A stretch of DNA of 64,000 nt from an uncultured Syntrophobacteraceae bacterium. GTDB lineage: Bacteria > Desulfobacterota > Binatia > UBA9968. The notes under the pieces are model-generated. The model was not told the DNA's origin, made no database searches, and saw only the letters and a list, made by a program, of their open reading frames with translations. Made by a program: the position numbers and the translations under genes. Within the stretch, counting starts at the first letter, position 1. The number at the start of each line of letters is the position of its first letter. The stretch is taken from positions 13,443 through 77,442 of the forward strand of contig CAZNES010000004.1 in assembly GCA_964572145.1 (NCBI GenBank), in the 5' to 3' direction. This document shows positions 1-9,216 of the stretch, piece after piece.

Positions 1-416
1 TCCGGCGGGCCTAGATAGGCGAACAAGAGCCCGGCTAATTTTTCCACGGGGTAGGCCGGCTGCGAGATTTTGTCCTTGAAGTCGGCCTCCGGACTTTCGA
101 ACGGCTGCTCCAGACAATTGCCGCAGGCGTCGTACTTCCAGCCGTGATAGGCACAGCGGATGCCGTCGTCTTCGACAAATCCGTAGTAGAGCGACGCGCC
201 GCGGTGCGCGCAGTGCTCCGCGACGAGACCGTAGGTCCCGCTGCGATCTCGATACAGCACTAAATCCTCGCCTAGCACTCTGACTTTCTTTTTTGGTTTT
301 TCTTCCGTGATCTCCGCCGCCGCCGCGACGACGTGCCAGTAGCGCCTGAGGAGTTCGCCGCCCGGAGTTCCGCGGCCGACGCGCGTGAGCAGCTCATTTT
401 CTTCTTGGGTGAGCAT
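1..416 (-). CDS. Rieske [2Fe-2S] non-heme iron oxygenase alpha subunit, N-terminal part (runs off window start)
   Basis: Minus-strand ATG at 414-416; translation MLTQEENELLTRVGRGTPGGGELLRRYWHVV...EHCAHRGASL...CAYHGWKYD contains the CxH...CxxH Rieske motif; clear paralog of the 2531-3757 gene. Confidence 0.8.
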   Translation of the reverse strand, partial: MLTQEENELLTRVGRGTPGGELLRRYWHVVAAAAEITEEKPKKKVRVLGEDLVLYRDRSGTYGLVAEHCAHRGASLYYGFVEDDGIRCAYHGWKYDACGNCLEQPFESPEADFKDKISQPAYPVEKLAGLLFAYLGPP

Positions 417-1111
417 GGGACAGTCCTTTTCTTAATCGATGCCGTTTGCGATCGGCGCTTTCTCGACCTGGCGGGGATGCTAGTAAAAACTCCAGCAGAG
501 TGTCAACCGTAGAACCCCCCACCGGAGCGAAAACATCCCTAAAGGAATGACCGCATAGGTCGATCTATATATTTATGTTTCGGCTACAGACAGATTTGGC
601 GAAACGAACCGGGGACGGGCTCGAGCATGCCGTCGCGCTCCGCGCGATCGGGCAGAACCTGACCGGCCTGTTGATCGAATCTCTGGAGATTACGGTCCTG
701 GACGGCGTTTTTTACGCCCGAGGTATTGGTTTCGGCGCAGGCAAAGAATCTTCACGGCAGACCTTTGCGTGCCGTTACCCCCGTTGGATATCACCCGGTT
801 GGATGAACTGGGCGCGGCCCGCCAAACAGGGGTCTCGGGAACTCCCGACGCTTCCTCTCTGCCGGAATCGCTGCGGACGGTCGGCAGGGTGGTGGACGAA
901 AAGAAAGGGCGCCTGGTCAAGCTTTTCAAAGACGAGCGCAAGATCGCATTCGAATACGAGGACGAGAACGGGCAGCTTCACAAAAAAGAGCTTTACAGCC
1001 TCTCGCGCTACCAGAATCAGCAGGAGGGGTTGTCGCTCAGAGGCACGAAAAAGAAAGAGGATGTGTGGAAAGACAGTCAGGGGTGAGCAAGAAGAATCGC
1101 CGATACTTTTT

Positions 1112-1283
1112 TCACCTCAGCTTCTCAACGAAACCGCTCTTCCTGACTTCCTCCACGAAGCGCAATTCGACAAAATCCTCCGCCTTGGCCTTGGCGGCTC
1201 TCGGGTCGGTCAAGGCTTGAATCTCCAGCGTCTGCTTCAACCCTTCCAGCGTCAGGTAACCGTCGTCGACGAGCAGTTCGGCG
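1112..1283 (-). pseudogene. Orphan 3' fragment (last ~57 codons) of an NMT1/SsuA-like solute-binding protein gene
   Basis: Minus-strand translation AELLVDDGYLTLEGLKQTLEIQALTDPRAAKAKAEDFVELRFVEEVRKSGFVEKLR* is ~85% identical to the C-terminal region and post-stop continuation of the 3914-4792 gene; DNA similarity ends abruptly at ~1283. Confidence 0.6.
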
Positions 1284-1374
1284 ATTTTTCCCGTGTCTGT
1301 TGCCTCACATCAATCGTAATTGCTATATATTGTCGCAGAAATTCCCGCACTCAAATACCGCGCGGAGCAGCGCA

Positions 1375-2519
1375 ATGTTTTGTTCGAGGGCAAAGCAACT
1401 CTTTTTTTTCGGCTTGAGTCTCGCACTGCTCTGCTCGTGGGTGGGCCGTGGAATTGCGCGAGCGGAAGAGTCCAAGGCGGCCTGGCAAGTCGAATGGGGA
1501 AAAACCTTGAAGGCGGCCGAGACCGAGGGCGAGGTTGCGGTCTACGTGGTCGACTATCCCAGGTTTACGGTCGAGCATTTTCGCAAAGCCTATCCCAAAA
1601 TCAAGCTGTCTTTGGTGGACGGTCCGAGCGGCCCCGATCTTTCCTCGCGGCTCATGGCGGAGCGGCGAGCCGGAAAATATCAAGCGGATCTCTATATCGC
1701 CGGACAGGGGACTCACGTTTCCGTTTTATATCCGGCAAGAGCTCTCGCGCCGATGCCGGGCGCTTTCATACTGCCGGAGGTTAAAGACGAGTCGAAATGG
1801 TTCAAGGGGAAGCACCGTTTTATCGATCCCGAGACCCATCACTCATTCGTCTTCCAGGGTCATCGAGGGCTTTACGTCTCCTATAATACGCAGAGGGCGA
1901 AAGCGGACGACATCAAATCATGGTGGGACCTCACGCAACCGAAATGGAAGGGCCAGATTCTAGGCTACGATCCCTCCATTGCGGGCACCGCACGCAATGC
2001 CCTCTGGTACATGTACAAGAATTCATCCCTGGGTCCTGAGTTCATGAACAAGCTCTTCGGCGAAATGGAGATTACGCTTAGCCGCAATCATCGGCAGGTG
2101 GTCGATTGGCTGGCAGGCAAGGCCGCTCTCTGCATTGCCTGCAATGACACTGAGAGCGCGGTAGGGACCAGGGCCTACCCGTAGAGATGATCAAGCATAC
2201 GCTCAAGGAAGGCGATTACGTCGCCGGAGGACAGGGTGTCGTCAGCCTGATCGCCCCGGCGCCGCATCCCAATGCCGCGCGCATCTTTCTCAACTGGTTT
2301 CTCTCCCGGGAAGGACAGACACTTTTTCAGGAGTACTCCGTCAAGTCCGGACAGCAAAACGCGAACTCGAGGAGAATGGATATTCCTAAAGACGTCATCA
2401 AGCCCGAGTACCGCTTGAAGGAAGACGCAATCTATTGGGAAAACGGACCGGCGGTGGATCAAGAGACGGCGGAGGCCACCAAGTTGCTCAAGGAAATTTT
2501 GTCCCGGAAATCGAGATAG
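1375..2519 (+). pseudogene. Family-1 extracellular solute-binding protein (Fe3+/thiamine/polyamine type), apparently disrupted by a frameshift near 2154-2186
   Basis: ORF 1375-2184 begins with a signal peptide (MFCSRAKQLFFFGLSLALLCSWVGRGIARA) and carries the N-terminal SBP fold; the adjacent ORF 2187-2519 in another frame encodes the typical SBP C-terminal region (SLIAPAPHPNAARIFLNWFLSREGQ); together they make one ~380-aa protein. Confidence 0.5.
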
Positions 2520-2530
2520 GGAGGAGAACG

Positions 2531-3757
2531 ATGCTCTCCAGAGAAGAAAACGAACTGCTGACGCGAGTCGATCCCGGCAGCCCGATGGGAAATCTACTCA
2601 GGCGATACTGGACTCCCGCTCTGCTGGCGGAAGAAATTCCCGCGCCCGATTGCCCTCCCGTGCGGGTGAGACTTCTCGGCGAGGACCTGGTCGCCTTTCG
2701 CGACACGCAGGGAAGGATCGGCCTCTTGGACGAGCACTGCTCGCATCGAGGCACGTCGCTGTTTTACGGGCGCAACGAAGAGTGCGGTTTGAGGTGCGTC
2801 TATCACGGCTGGAAATACGACGTCGAGGGCAATGTGCTGGATACACCCGCCGAGCCTCCCGACAGCACGCTGAAAAACAAGGTCCATCATACCGCTTACC
2901 CGTGTGTCGAGGCGGGGGGCATGGTGTTCGCTTATATGGGACCGAAAGACAAGATGCCCATATTCCCGACTTACGCCTGGCTCGGCGTGCCGCAGAATCA
3001 GATCTACATAGCGAAGAGTCTCTTGGAGTGTAATTATCTCCAAGCCTTGGATGGCGACTGCGATTCTTCCCATCTGAATTTTCTCCATCGGATATTCAAG
3101 CCGGACGAGCGCAGAGATTTTCTCGCGTACGAAGATCAGTCGCCCGAATTCGAGATCGACGAGATGGAGTTCGGCTTCCGGGTCGCCGCCATCAGGAAGA
3201 TGGGCGCCGACAAGAATTACGTCCGCATCTCGCAATTCGTCATGCCGTTTATCGGCTGCGTTCCGGTCGGCCGCCTGATCGACGGGAAACTCGACGGTTT
3301 CAAAGCCGTTTACCAGGTTCCATCCGACGACCGGAATACCTGGAGATACGATTTCTTTTTCAAATGGTCGCGGCCGATTACGAAAGAAGATTCGTCGAAG
3401 CGCGATTTCGTCGGCCCCGATTACAAAAAGATTCGCAACCTCCGCAACAACTATCTCCAGGACCGGGAGGCTCAGAGGACGGTCAATTTTACCGGGATGG
3501 AAGAGTTCCTAAACCAGGACGCGTGCGCGACCGAGAGCATGGGGCCGATCGTGGACCGTACCAGAGAGCACCTCGGAGTGAGCGACTCGTACATTATCCA
3601 GGTGCGCCGGTTCTTGCTGAAGGCGGTGAAAGACGTCGAAGCGGGCAAACCGCCGCCGGGTCTCGTCTACGACCCCGGTAAGGCCGACTTTTCCCGCATT
3701 CGCTGCGACGTCGCCCATTTGCCTTCGAGCGTCTCCTGGAGAACGCTTTTCGCTTAG
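2531..3757 (+). CDS. Rieske [2Fe-2S] non-heme iron oxygenase alpha subunit (ring-hydroxylating / demethylase type)
   Basis: ATG at 2531 preceded by GGGAGGAG; CSHRGTSL...CVYHGWKYD Rieske motif; ~408 aa; N-terminus paralogous to the gene at 1-416. Confidence 0.85.
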   Translation: MLSREENELLTRVDPGSPMGNLLRRYWTPALLAEEIPAPDCPPVRVRLLGEDLVAFRDTQGRIGLLDEHCSHRGTSLFYGRNEECGLRCVYHGWKYDVEGNVLDTPAEPPDSTLKNKVHHTAYPCVEAGGMVFAYMGPKDKMPIFPTYAWLGVPQNQIYIAKSLLECNYLQALDGDCDSSHLNFLHRIFKPDERRDFLAYEDQSPEFEIDEMEFGFRVAAIRKMGADKNYVRISQFVMPFIGCVPVGRLIDGKLDGFKAVYQVPSDDRNTWRYDFFFKWSRPITKEDSSKRDFVGPDYKKIRNLRNNYLQDREAQRTVNFTGMEEFLNQDACATESMGPIVDRTREHLGVSDSYIIQVRRFLLKAVKDVEAGKPPPGLVYDPGKADFSRIRCDVAHLPSSVSWRTLFA

Positions 3758-3913
3758 TCGAGACCTGTCCCAGAATTGAAATCAACGAAGAGGCTGCGCC
3801 GGAATTTTTTATCTGAGCTTCTCCACAAATCCGCTCTTTCTGACTTCGTCCACAAAACGCAGCTCGACGAAATCCTCGACCTTGGCTTTGGCCGCCCTCG
3901 GGTCGGTCAAGGC

Positions 3914-4792
3914 TTAAATCTCCAGCGTCTGCTTCAATCCTTCCAGCGTCGGGTAACCGTCGTCGACCAGCAGCTCGGCGTTGGCCGCGTACGCGCCGTC
4001 CAACACGTCGCGGCTGAGCCCGCGGGTATATTTCTGCATCACTTTGATCGACTGTTCTTTGTGCGTTTTGAAGAAATGCGTCGATTCGGTCATGGCCAGG
4101 ACCACGCGCCGCGCCTCGTCGGGATTTTCCCGGATTTTTTTTCGCGTCGTCACGCTGCAGTTGAACTGAAACGGGACTTTCATTTTGGTCATGTCGATGA
4201 TCGTTCTGAGCCCGGCTTTTTCAGCCTGGATCTTCTCTCCCTCGGTGACGACGGTAAAGTCCAATTGCCCGGTCATCGTCGCGGCAAGCCGCGCGGGGCC
4301 GCCGCCCACCGTGACCGCTTTGATGTCTTTGTAAGCGACTCCGACTTTGGTCAGCGCCAGCCGCAGAGCGAAATCCGCCGAGGTCCCCGGAATATGCACC
4401 GCCGCGGACCTGCCTCTCAGTTGCTCGGGCGATTTGATGTTGGGATTTCCCACGATGAAATAGGGCAGCGTGTTCATCTGGCTCTGGATGATCGCGACGT
4501 CGCCGCCGGCGAGCTTGGCGTTGATGACCGCGGTGCCGACGGCGCCGCTGTAGCCGAGATCGCCGGCGATCATGCTCTGGATGCCGCGCACGCTGCCGTT
4601 GATGAAGATCAACTCCAGGTCGAGCCCGTGCTTTTTATAGAGGCCTATATCCTTGGCCAGCCAGTAGATCACCGACGAGCTGGTCGAGTCGGAGATATAG
4701 GCGATGTACGTGGCGGCCCCGGCGCTTCTGAACGGCAGGACGGTCAAGCAGAGCAGCAAGACCGAAACGCCGGCGAGGATTCTGGTCTTCAT
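3914..4792 (-). CDS. NMT1/SsuA-like ABC transporter periplasmic substrate-binding protein
   Basis: ATG at 4790-4792 with GGAGG 8 nt upstream; signal peptide MKTRILAGVSVLLLCLTVLPFRSAGA; stop TAA at 3914-3916 is in-frame relative to a conserved 35-codon continuation (see findings). Confidence 0.8.
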   Translation of the reverse strand: MKTRILAGVSVLLLCLTVLPFRSAGAATYIAYISDSTSSSVIYWLAKDIGLYKKHGLDLELIFINGSVRGIQSMIAGDLGYSGAVGTAVINAKLAGGDVAIIQSQMNTLPYFIVGNPNIKSPEQLRGRSAAVHIPGTSADFALRLALTKVGVAYKDIKAVTVGGGPARLAATMTGQLDFTVVTEGEKIQAEKAGLRTIIDMTKMKVPFQFNCSVTTRKKIRENPDEARRVVLAMTESTHFFKTHKEQSIKVMQKYTRGLSRDVLDGAYAANAELLVDDGYPTLEGLKQTLEI

Positions 4793-4946
4793 GGCGGTAA
4801 CCTCCGCGACGACGACTTCGCAGACTCGAGATAAGCCCATTCTTAACGCACCGGGAATCGCCGGGCAAGAGATCCCTTTTCTTCCGATCAACACGGCCTT
4901 TTTGTTTTTGGCCGGAGCGGCTGCTATATAGGGTGAACTTCGGCTC

Positions 4947-5675
4947 ATGGAAACCGTCAAAGCCACGTTGTGGATTTACCGCGTCGCGTTGCGCCGGGGC
5001 GTCGAGCTGCTCGCGGCGAACTGGGGCATCATCTTTGCGCCGCTGGCGTATAGCTTGATCTTGTCCGCCGCCGCGGCGCTCGTTGCGCCGTTGGGCTTGA
5101 TCGGCGGATTTATTATGACGGCGGTGACGGCGGCCTGCGGCAGCTCGGGGTTGTTTCTCATCGAGAACGTCGTTCGGATGGGCAAGTTCGATTTCAACGA
5201 TTTTTTCAAAGGTTTTTCCGCCTATCTATGGGAGATTCTCGGCATCGCGTTCATCCTGTGGATTCCCATGACGCTCTTCCGCCAAGTTGCCTACACCACG
5301 GAGGAAGGGCCGCTCATCGTTTTACTCATTCAGCTCCTTCTCTATGTCATCCTGAACCCGGTACCGGAGCTGATCTATCAAAGCCGTGTTTCGGGACTCG
5401 CGCTGCTGTCGGCGAGCTATGAGTTCATCGTCGAGAACTGGATCGAATGGTTCGCGCCCAACGTGTCGATCACCGCGGCGGCGTATGTGTTGTTGGGTTG
5501 GCTGGACGTTCCGGCGGCGTACCTGCCGTCTTTCTTCCGCTTCTTTTTTCTCTTTGCTATTTTCGGCCTTCTTCTAACGTTCCTGATGATCTTTCGCGGC
5601 CTGCTGTTTTCCGAGCTCGCCGGCTCGACGCGGCGGAGCCGGGCGTACCGTTACCACGCTGGGGCGTCGAAGTGA
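4947..5675 (+). CDS. Hypothetical polytopic membrane protein
   Basis: 242-aa ORF with ~6 hydrophobic segments; no recognisable family. Confidence 0.4.
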   Translation: METVKATLWIYRVALRRGVELLAANWGIIFAPLAYSLILSAAAALVAPLGLIGGFIMTAVTAACGSSGLFLIENVVRMGKFDFNDFFKGFSAYLWEILGIAFILWIPMTLFRQVAYTTEEGPLIVLLIQLLLYVILNPVPELIYQSRVSGLALLSASYEFIVENWIEWFAPNVSITAAAYVLLGWLDVPAAYLPSFFRFFFLFAIFGLLLTFLMIFRGLLFSELAGSTRRSRAYRYHAGASK

Positions 5676-6068
5676 GACCGATCCTCGACTTCCACCGCTG
5701 TTTGCACCAATGGTATCCTCGCCGGCCGGCGAGAAAGATTCCGGCGCTGAAAGCCGCCCAGCTTACGATCGAGGCGGCTGCCACGGCGGCGACTTTCATC
5801 TGCGCCGACAACGGCAAAAATAGAATCACGATAAAAGCCGGATAGACCAGAAAGCTCAAGATGATCAAGGCGATCCCTGCGAAGAAACGCATCGGTCTGC
5901 CGGCAGGTATGGGAGGCCTGGTCGCGTCCGGAATCTCCATGTTTCTGAAAATACCACGTTTTCCGCTTTGCGTCGCTACCGCGCTGCCGGCCGATAATTC
6001 ATCTTCCGTTGCTTGACACCGCCGCCGCCTTCGTGGTGAGCTACAGCGCGAAAAGTAAAGGAGGTCCT

Positions 6069-7388
6069 ATGAGACGATGGTCGTTGTACCTGTTGATGTT
6101 CGCGCTGTGTCTGACGGCGAGTTCGCTCCACGCCAAAGAGGTCGTGATCGTCACTTCGTTTCCCAAGGAGCTGTTTGAAAATTATAAAAAGGCTTTCGAG
6201 GCGAGATATCCCGGCACCACCGTCGTCATCAACAGCAAGCAGACCAACGCCGGCGTCACGTATTTGCGCGAGACCAAGGCGAAGCCCGAGGCGGACATCT
6301 TCTGGGTCAGCGCGCCGGACGCGTTTCAGACGCTGAAAAACGACGGCCTGCTGGAAAAGTACGCGCCGCCGAAGGAGATCATGGCGAAGATTCCGGCCAA
6401 GATCGGCAATTTCCCCATCCACGACGCCGACGGGACTTATTTCGGATTTGCGATCAGCGGCTACGGCCTCATGTGGAATAAAAATTATCTCTCGGCCAAC
6501 AAGCTCGCCGCGCCCAGGGAATGGACCGATCTCGCGAGCGCGAAGTATTACGGCCATCTCGTCATCAGCGCCCCGTCGCGCAGCGGCACCACGCATCTCA
6601 CGATCGAGACGATTCTCCAGGCGTACGGCTGGGAAAAAGGGTGGAATCTTCTCTTGAACGCCGGCGGCAACATGGGCGCGATCACCGAGCGCAGCTTCGG
6701 CGTGCCGGAGGCGGTGATCAGCGGGCAGTACGGCATCGGCGTCGTGATCGACTTCTTCGGCCTCTCGGCCATCGCCAGCGGACAGCCGGTCGATTTCGTC
6801 TATCCCTCGCTCACGTCCGTCGTGCCCGCGAGCGTCGCGATCGTCAAGGGCGCGCCCAACATGGAGGGCGCAAAAACTTTCGTCAACTATCTATTAAGCG
6901 AGCCGGGGCAGATGCTCCTCTTCTCGCCCGACATCGCGCGCCTTCCCGTCATGCCCGATCTCTACGCCAAGGGGCCGGCGAACTATCCGAATCCGTTCAA
7001 GACGAAAATGGGCGGCGTGGACTTCAACGACCAGCTCTCCTCCGGCCGGCGCGACATCGTCAACTCGCTCTACGACCACGTCATCACCTTTCGCCACAAA
7101 GAATTAAAAGACGCCTGGGCGGCGATTTACAAGGCGGAAGAAGCGGCGGCGAAAAGTAAAGCGCCGAAAATCAATGATGAGGCGCGCAGCCTGATTGCCG
7201 AGGCGCGAAAGCTCGCCGCGCAGGCGCCGATGGACGAAAAAAAGGCGAGCGATAAAGAGATCGTGAAAGGCTTCCAGGGGAAATCGGGACTCAAGGCCCA
7301 GATGGAGACCGAGTGGGAAAACGCCGCCCGGGCGAACTACGCCAAGGCCAAAGAGCTGGCGGACAAGGCGGCTGGGCTGGCGCGCTAG
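6069..7388 (+). CDS. ABC transporter substrate-binding protein, family 1 (Fe3+/thiamine/polyamine type) with an Ala/Lys/Glu-rich C-terminal tail
   Basis: ATG at 6069 after AAAGGAGG; signal peptide MRRWSLYLLMFALCLTASSLHA; VKGAPNMEGAKTFVNYLLSEPGQ motif; heads an SBP-permease-ATPase operon. Confidence 0.8.
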   Translation: MRRWSLYLLMFALCLTASSLHAKEVVIVTSFPKELFENYKKAFEARYPGTTVVINSKQTNAGVTYLRETKAKPEADIFWVSAPDAFQTLKNDGLLEKYAPPKEIMAKIPAKIGNFPIHDADGTYFGFAISGYGLMWNKNYLSANKLAAPREWTDLASAKYYGHLVISAPSRSGTTHLTIETILQAYGWEKGWNLLLNAGGNMGAITERSFGVPEAVISGQYGIGVVIDFFGLSAIASGQPVDFVYPSLTSVVPASVAIVKGAPNMEGAKTFVNYLLSEPGQMLLFSPDIARLPVMPDLYAKGPANYPNPFKTKMGGVDFNDQLSSGRRDIVNSLYDHVITFRHKELKDAWAAIYKAEEAAAKSKAPKINDEARSLIAEARKLAAQAPMDEKKASDKEIVKGFQGKSGLKAQMETEWENAARANYAKAKELADKAAGLAR

Positions 7389-7504
7389 GAGGCGTCGGTC
7401 AGCCGGCAGCGACAAGACTCGGAGAGATCCTTCGTTTCACTCAGGATGACACTCTAAGAATGTCACTCTGAGCGATAGCGAAGAGTCTCTGCAAGATCTA
7501 TCCA

Positions 7505-9214
7505 ATGACTGCCAAGAGTGAAGCAGCTCCATCCCTTCGCCTGACCGTTCGCGTTGACTGGCTCCAGGGCGCGCTCATGGCGGCGCTGCTGGTACTGCTG
7601 TTCGCTTTCGTCCTGTATCCGGTAGCGCGCGTCCTGTGGGTCGCGCTCGCCGACGAGAACAGCCGCTTTACGTTGATCCACTTCCAAAACTTTTTTCTCC
7701 GGCCGCTGTTCCGCGAGGCGCTGTGGAACAGCCTCTGGAGCGGCTTTCTCGTCGTTATCTTCGGCAGCTTTCTTGCCGTGCCGCTCGCCTACGTGATCGC
7801 GCGCTACGATTTTCGCGGCAAAGTCCTCTTGCAGACGCTGGCCACGCTGCCGCTGGTCGTGCCGCCGTTCGTCGGCGCGGTCGCTTTCCAGCAAATCCTC
7901 GGCCGCAGCGGCGCGGTCAATCTTCTGCTCATGCGCTGGTTCGACTTCACGATTCCTTTCATGGACGGCCTGACCGGTGTCGTTCTCGTTCAGACGCTGC
8001 ATTTTTTTCCCTTCATCATGCTCAACACCGCCGTCTCGCTCTCCAACATCGACGCCTCGCTGGAGGAGATGGCCCAGAGCATGGGCTGCCACGGTCTCAG
8101 GCTCTTTCGCCGCGTCACGCTGCCGCTCATGCTGCCCGGCTTCATCGCCGGCGCGCTGCTCACTTTTATCCGCGCGATCGACGACCTCGGCACGCCGCTG
8201 ATGTTGAATTACAAGAACCTCCTCGCGCCCCAGGCCTATCTCCGCATCACGACGATCGGCATCGACGACGCGGACGGCTACGTCATCTGCGTCGTCCTGG
8301 TCGTTCTCTCGCTCGCCTCGCTCTTCGCGGCGCGGAAATATCTCGGCCTGGCGGAATACGCCACGGTCCAGGGCGGCAGGGACGCGAGCCGCCGGATCGC
8401 TGGAAAGAAACTCTTCTTCGTCCTTCTCTTCAGCGCGCTGGCTCTCGCCGCGGCGTTGCTGCCGCATGCGGGAATTTTTCTGCTCTCGTTGTCGAAAGTG
8501 TGGAGCTATTCGGTTCTTCCCACCCGGTTTACTCTGGATAATTACACCGAGATTCTTTTCCGCGTGCCGCACTTCATAAAAAACACGCTGCTCTACAGCG
8601 GGCTCGCCGCCGGCTTCGACGTGATTCTCGGCGCGGCGATCGCGTTTCTTCTTTTGCGCAGCCGGTTGTGGGGAAGAAATCTGCTCGACGCGCTTGCCAC
8701 GCTGCCGCTGGCCGTTCCCGGCGTCGTGCTCGCGGTCGGTTACATCCGAGTTTTTCACGGCTGGGATTTTCCCGGCGTCGGCAAGCCGCTGACTTCCACC
8801 TGGTTCGTTCTCGTCATCGTTTACGCCGCGCGCCGGCTGCCGTACACCGTCCGCGCCTGTTACGCCGCGCTGCAACAGGTCCACGTCAGCCTGGAGGAGT
8901 CGGCGCAGAATCTCGGCGCGAACCGCCTGAGAACTTTTCTCCGCGTGACGCTGCCGCTCATCGGCGGCGGGCTGGTGGCCGGAGGGCTGATCGCCTTCGT
9001 CACTTCCTGCGTCGAGCTTTCATCTACAATCATGCTCGTGCCGCGAATCGAGTACGGGCCGATCTCATACGGCATCTACATCTATATGCAAAGCCCGCTC
9101 GGACGGGCCGCGGGCGCGGCGCTCGGAGTCGGCGCCATCGTAATGGTCGGGATCGGAACTTATCTCACGCACCGTATTTTCGGCGCGCGCGCCGGGAGCG
9201 CCTTTAGGGTGTAA
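7505..9214 (+). CDS. ABC transporter permease with two fused transmembrane domains (FbpB/ThiP-like)
   Basis: 569 aa, two repeated 6-TM halves each with the EAA-like loop; follows the SBP gene. Confidence 0.85.
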   Translation: MTAKSEAAPSLRLTVRVDWLQGALMAALLVLLFAFVLYPVARVLWVALADENSRFTLIHFQNFFLRPLFREALWNSLWSGFLVVIFGSFLAVPLAYVIARYDFRGKVLLQTLATLPLVVPPFVGAVAFQQILGRSGAVNLLLMRWFDFTIPFMDGLTGVVLVQTLHFFPFIMLNTAVSLSNIDASLEEMAQSMGCHGLRLFRRVTLPLMLPGFIAGALLTFIRAIDDLGTPLMLNYKNLLAPQAYLRITTIGIDDADGYVICVVLVVLSLASLFAARKYLGLAEYATVQGGRDASRRIAGKKLFFVLLFSALALAAALLPHAGIFLLSLSKVWSYSVLPTRFTLDNYTEILFRVPHFIKNTLLYSGLAAGFDVILGAAIAFLLLRSRLWGRNLLDALATLPLAVPGVVLAVGYIRVFHGWDFPGVGKPLTSTWFVLVIVYAARRLPYTVRACYAALQQVHVSLEESAQNLGANRLRTFLRVTLPLIGGGLVAGGLIAFVTSCVELSSTIMLVPRIEYGPISYGIYIYMQSPLGRAAGAALGVGAIVMVGIGTYLTHRIFGARAGSAFRV

Positions 9215-9216
9215 CG

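Noticed and set aside
769-1086. Lys/Glu-rich 65-105 aa ORF (…VVDEKKGRLVKLFKDERKIAFEYEDENGQLHKKELYSL…) between the first Rieske gene and the SBP fragment
   Set aside because: Composition is protein-like and lower GC, so it might be a real small gene. I found no family resemblance, RBS or clear start, so it is left uncalled.
3776-4834. Long ORFs antisense to confidently assigned genes (e.g. 3776-4834 +, 575-1417 +, 5976-6596 -, 7463-8884 -, 10206-11072 -, 12392-13240 -, 12757-13464 +, 14513-15118 -, 15569-16306 -, 19744-20886 -, 35956-36579 +)
   Set aside because: High-GC genomes generate long stop-free antisense frames. These translations are Arg/Ala/Gly/Pro-rich low-complexity with no motifs, and all overlap genes with clear family signatures on the other strand.
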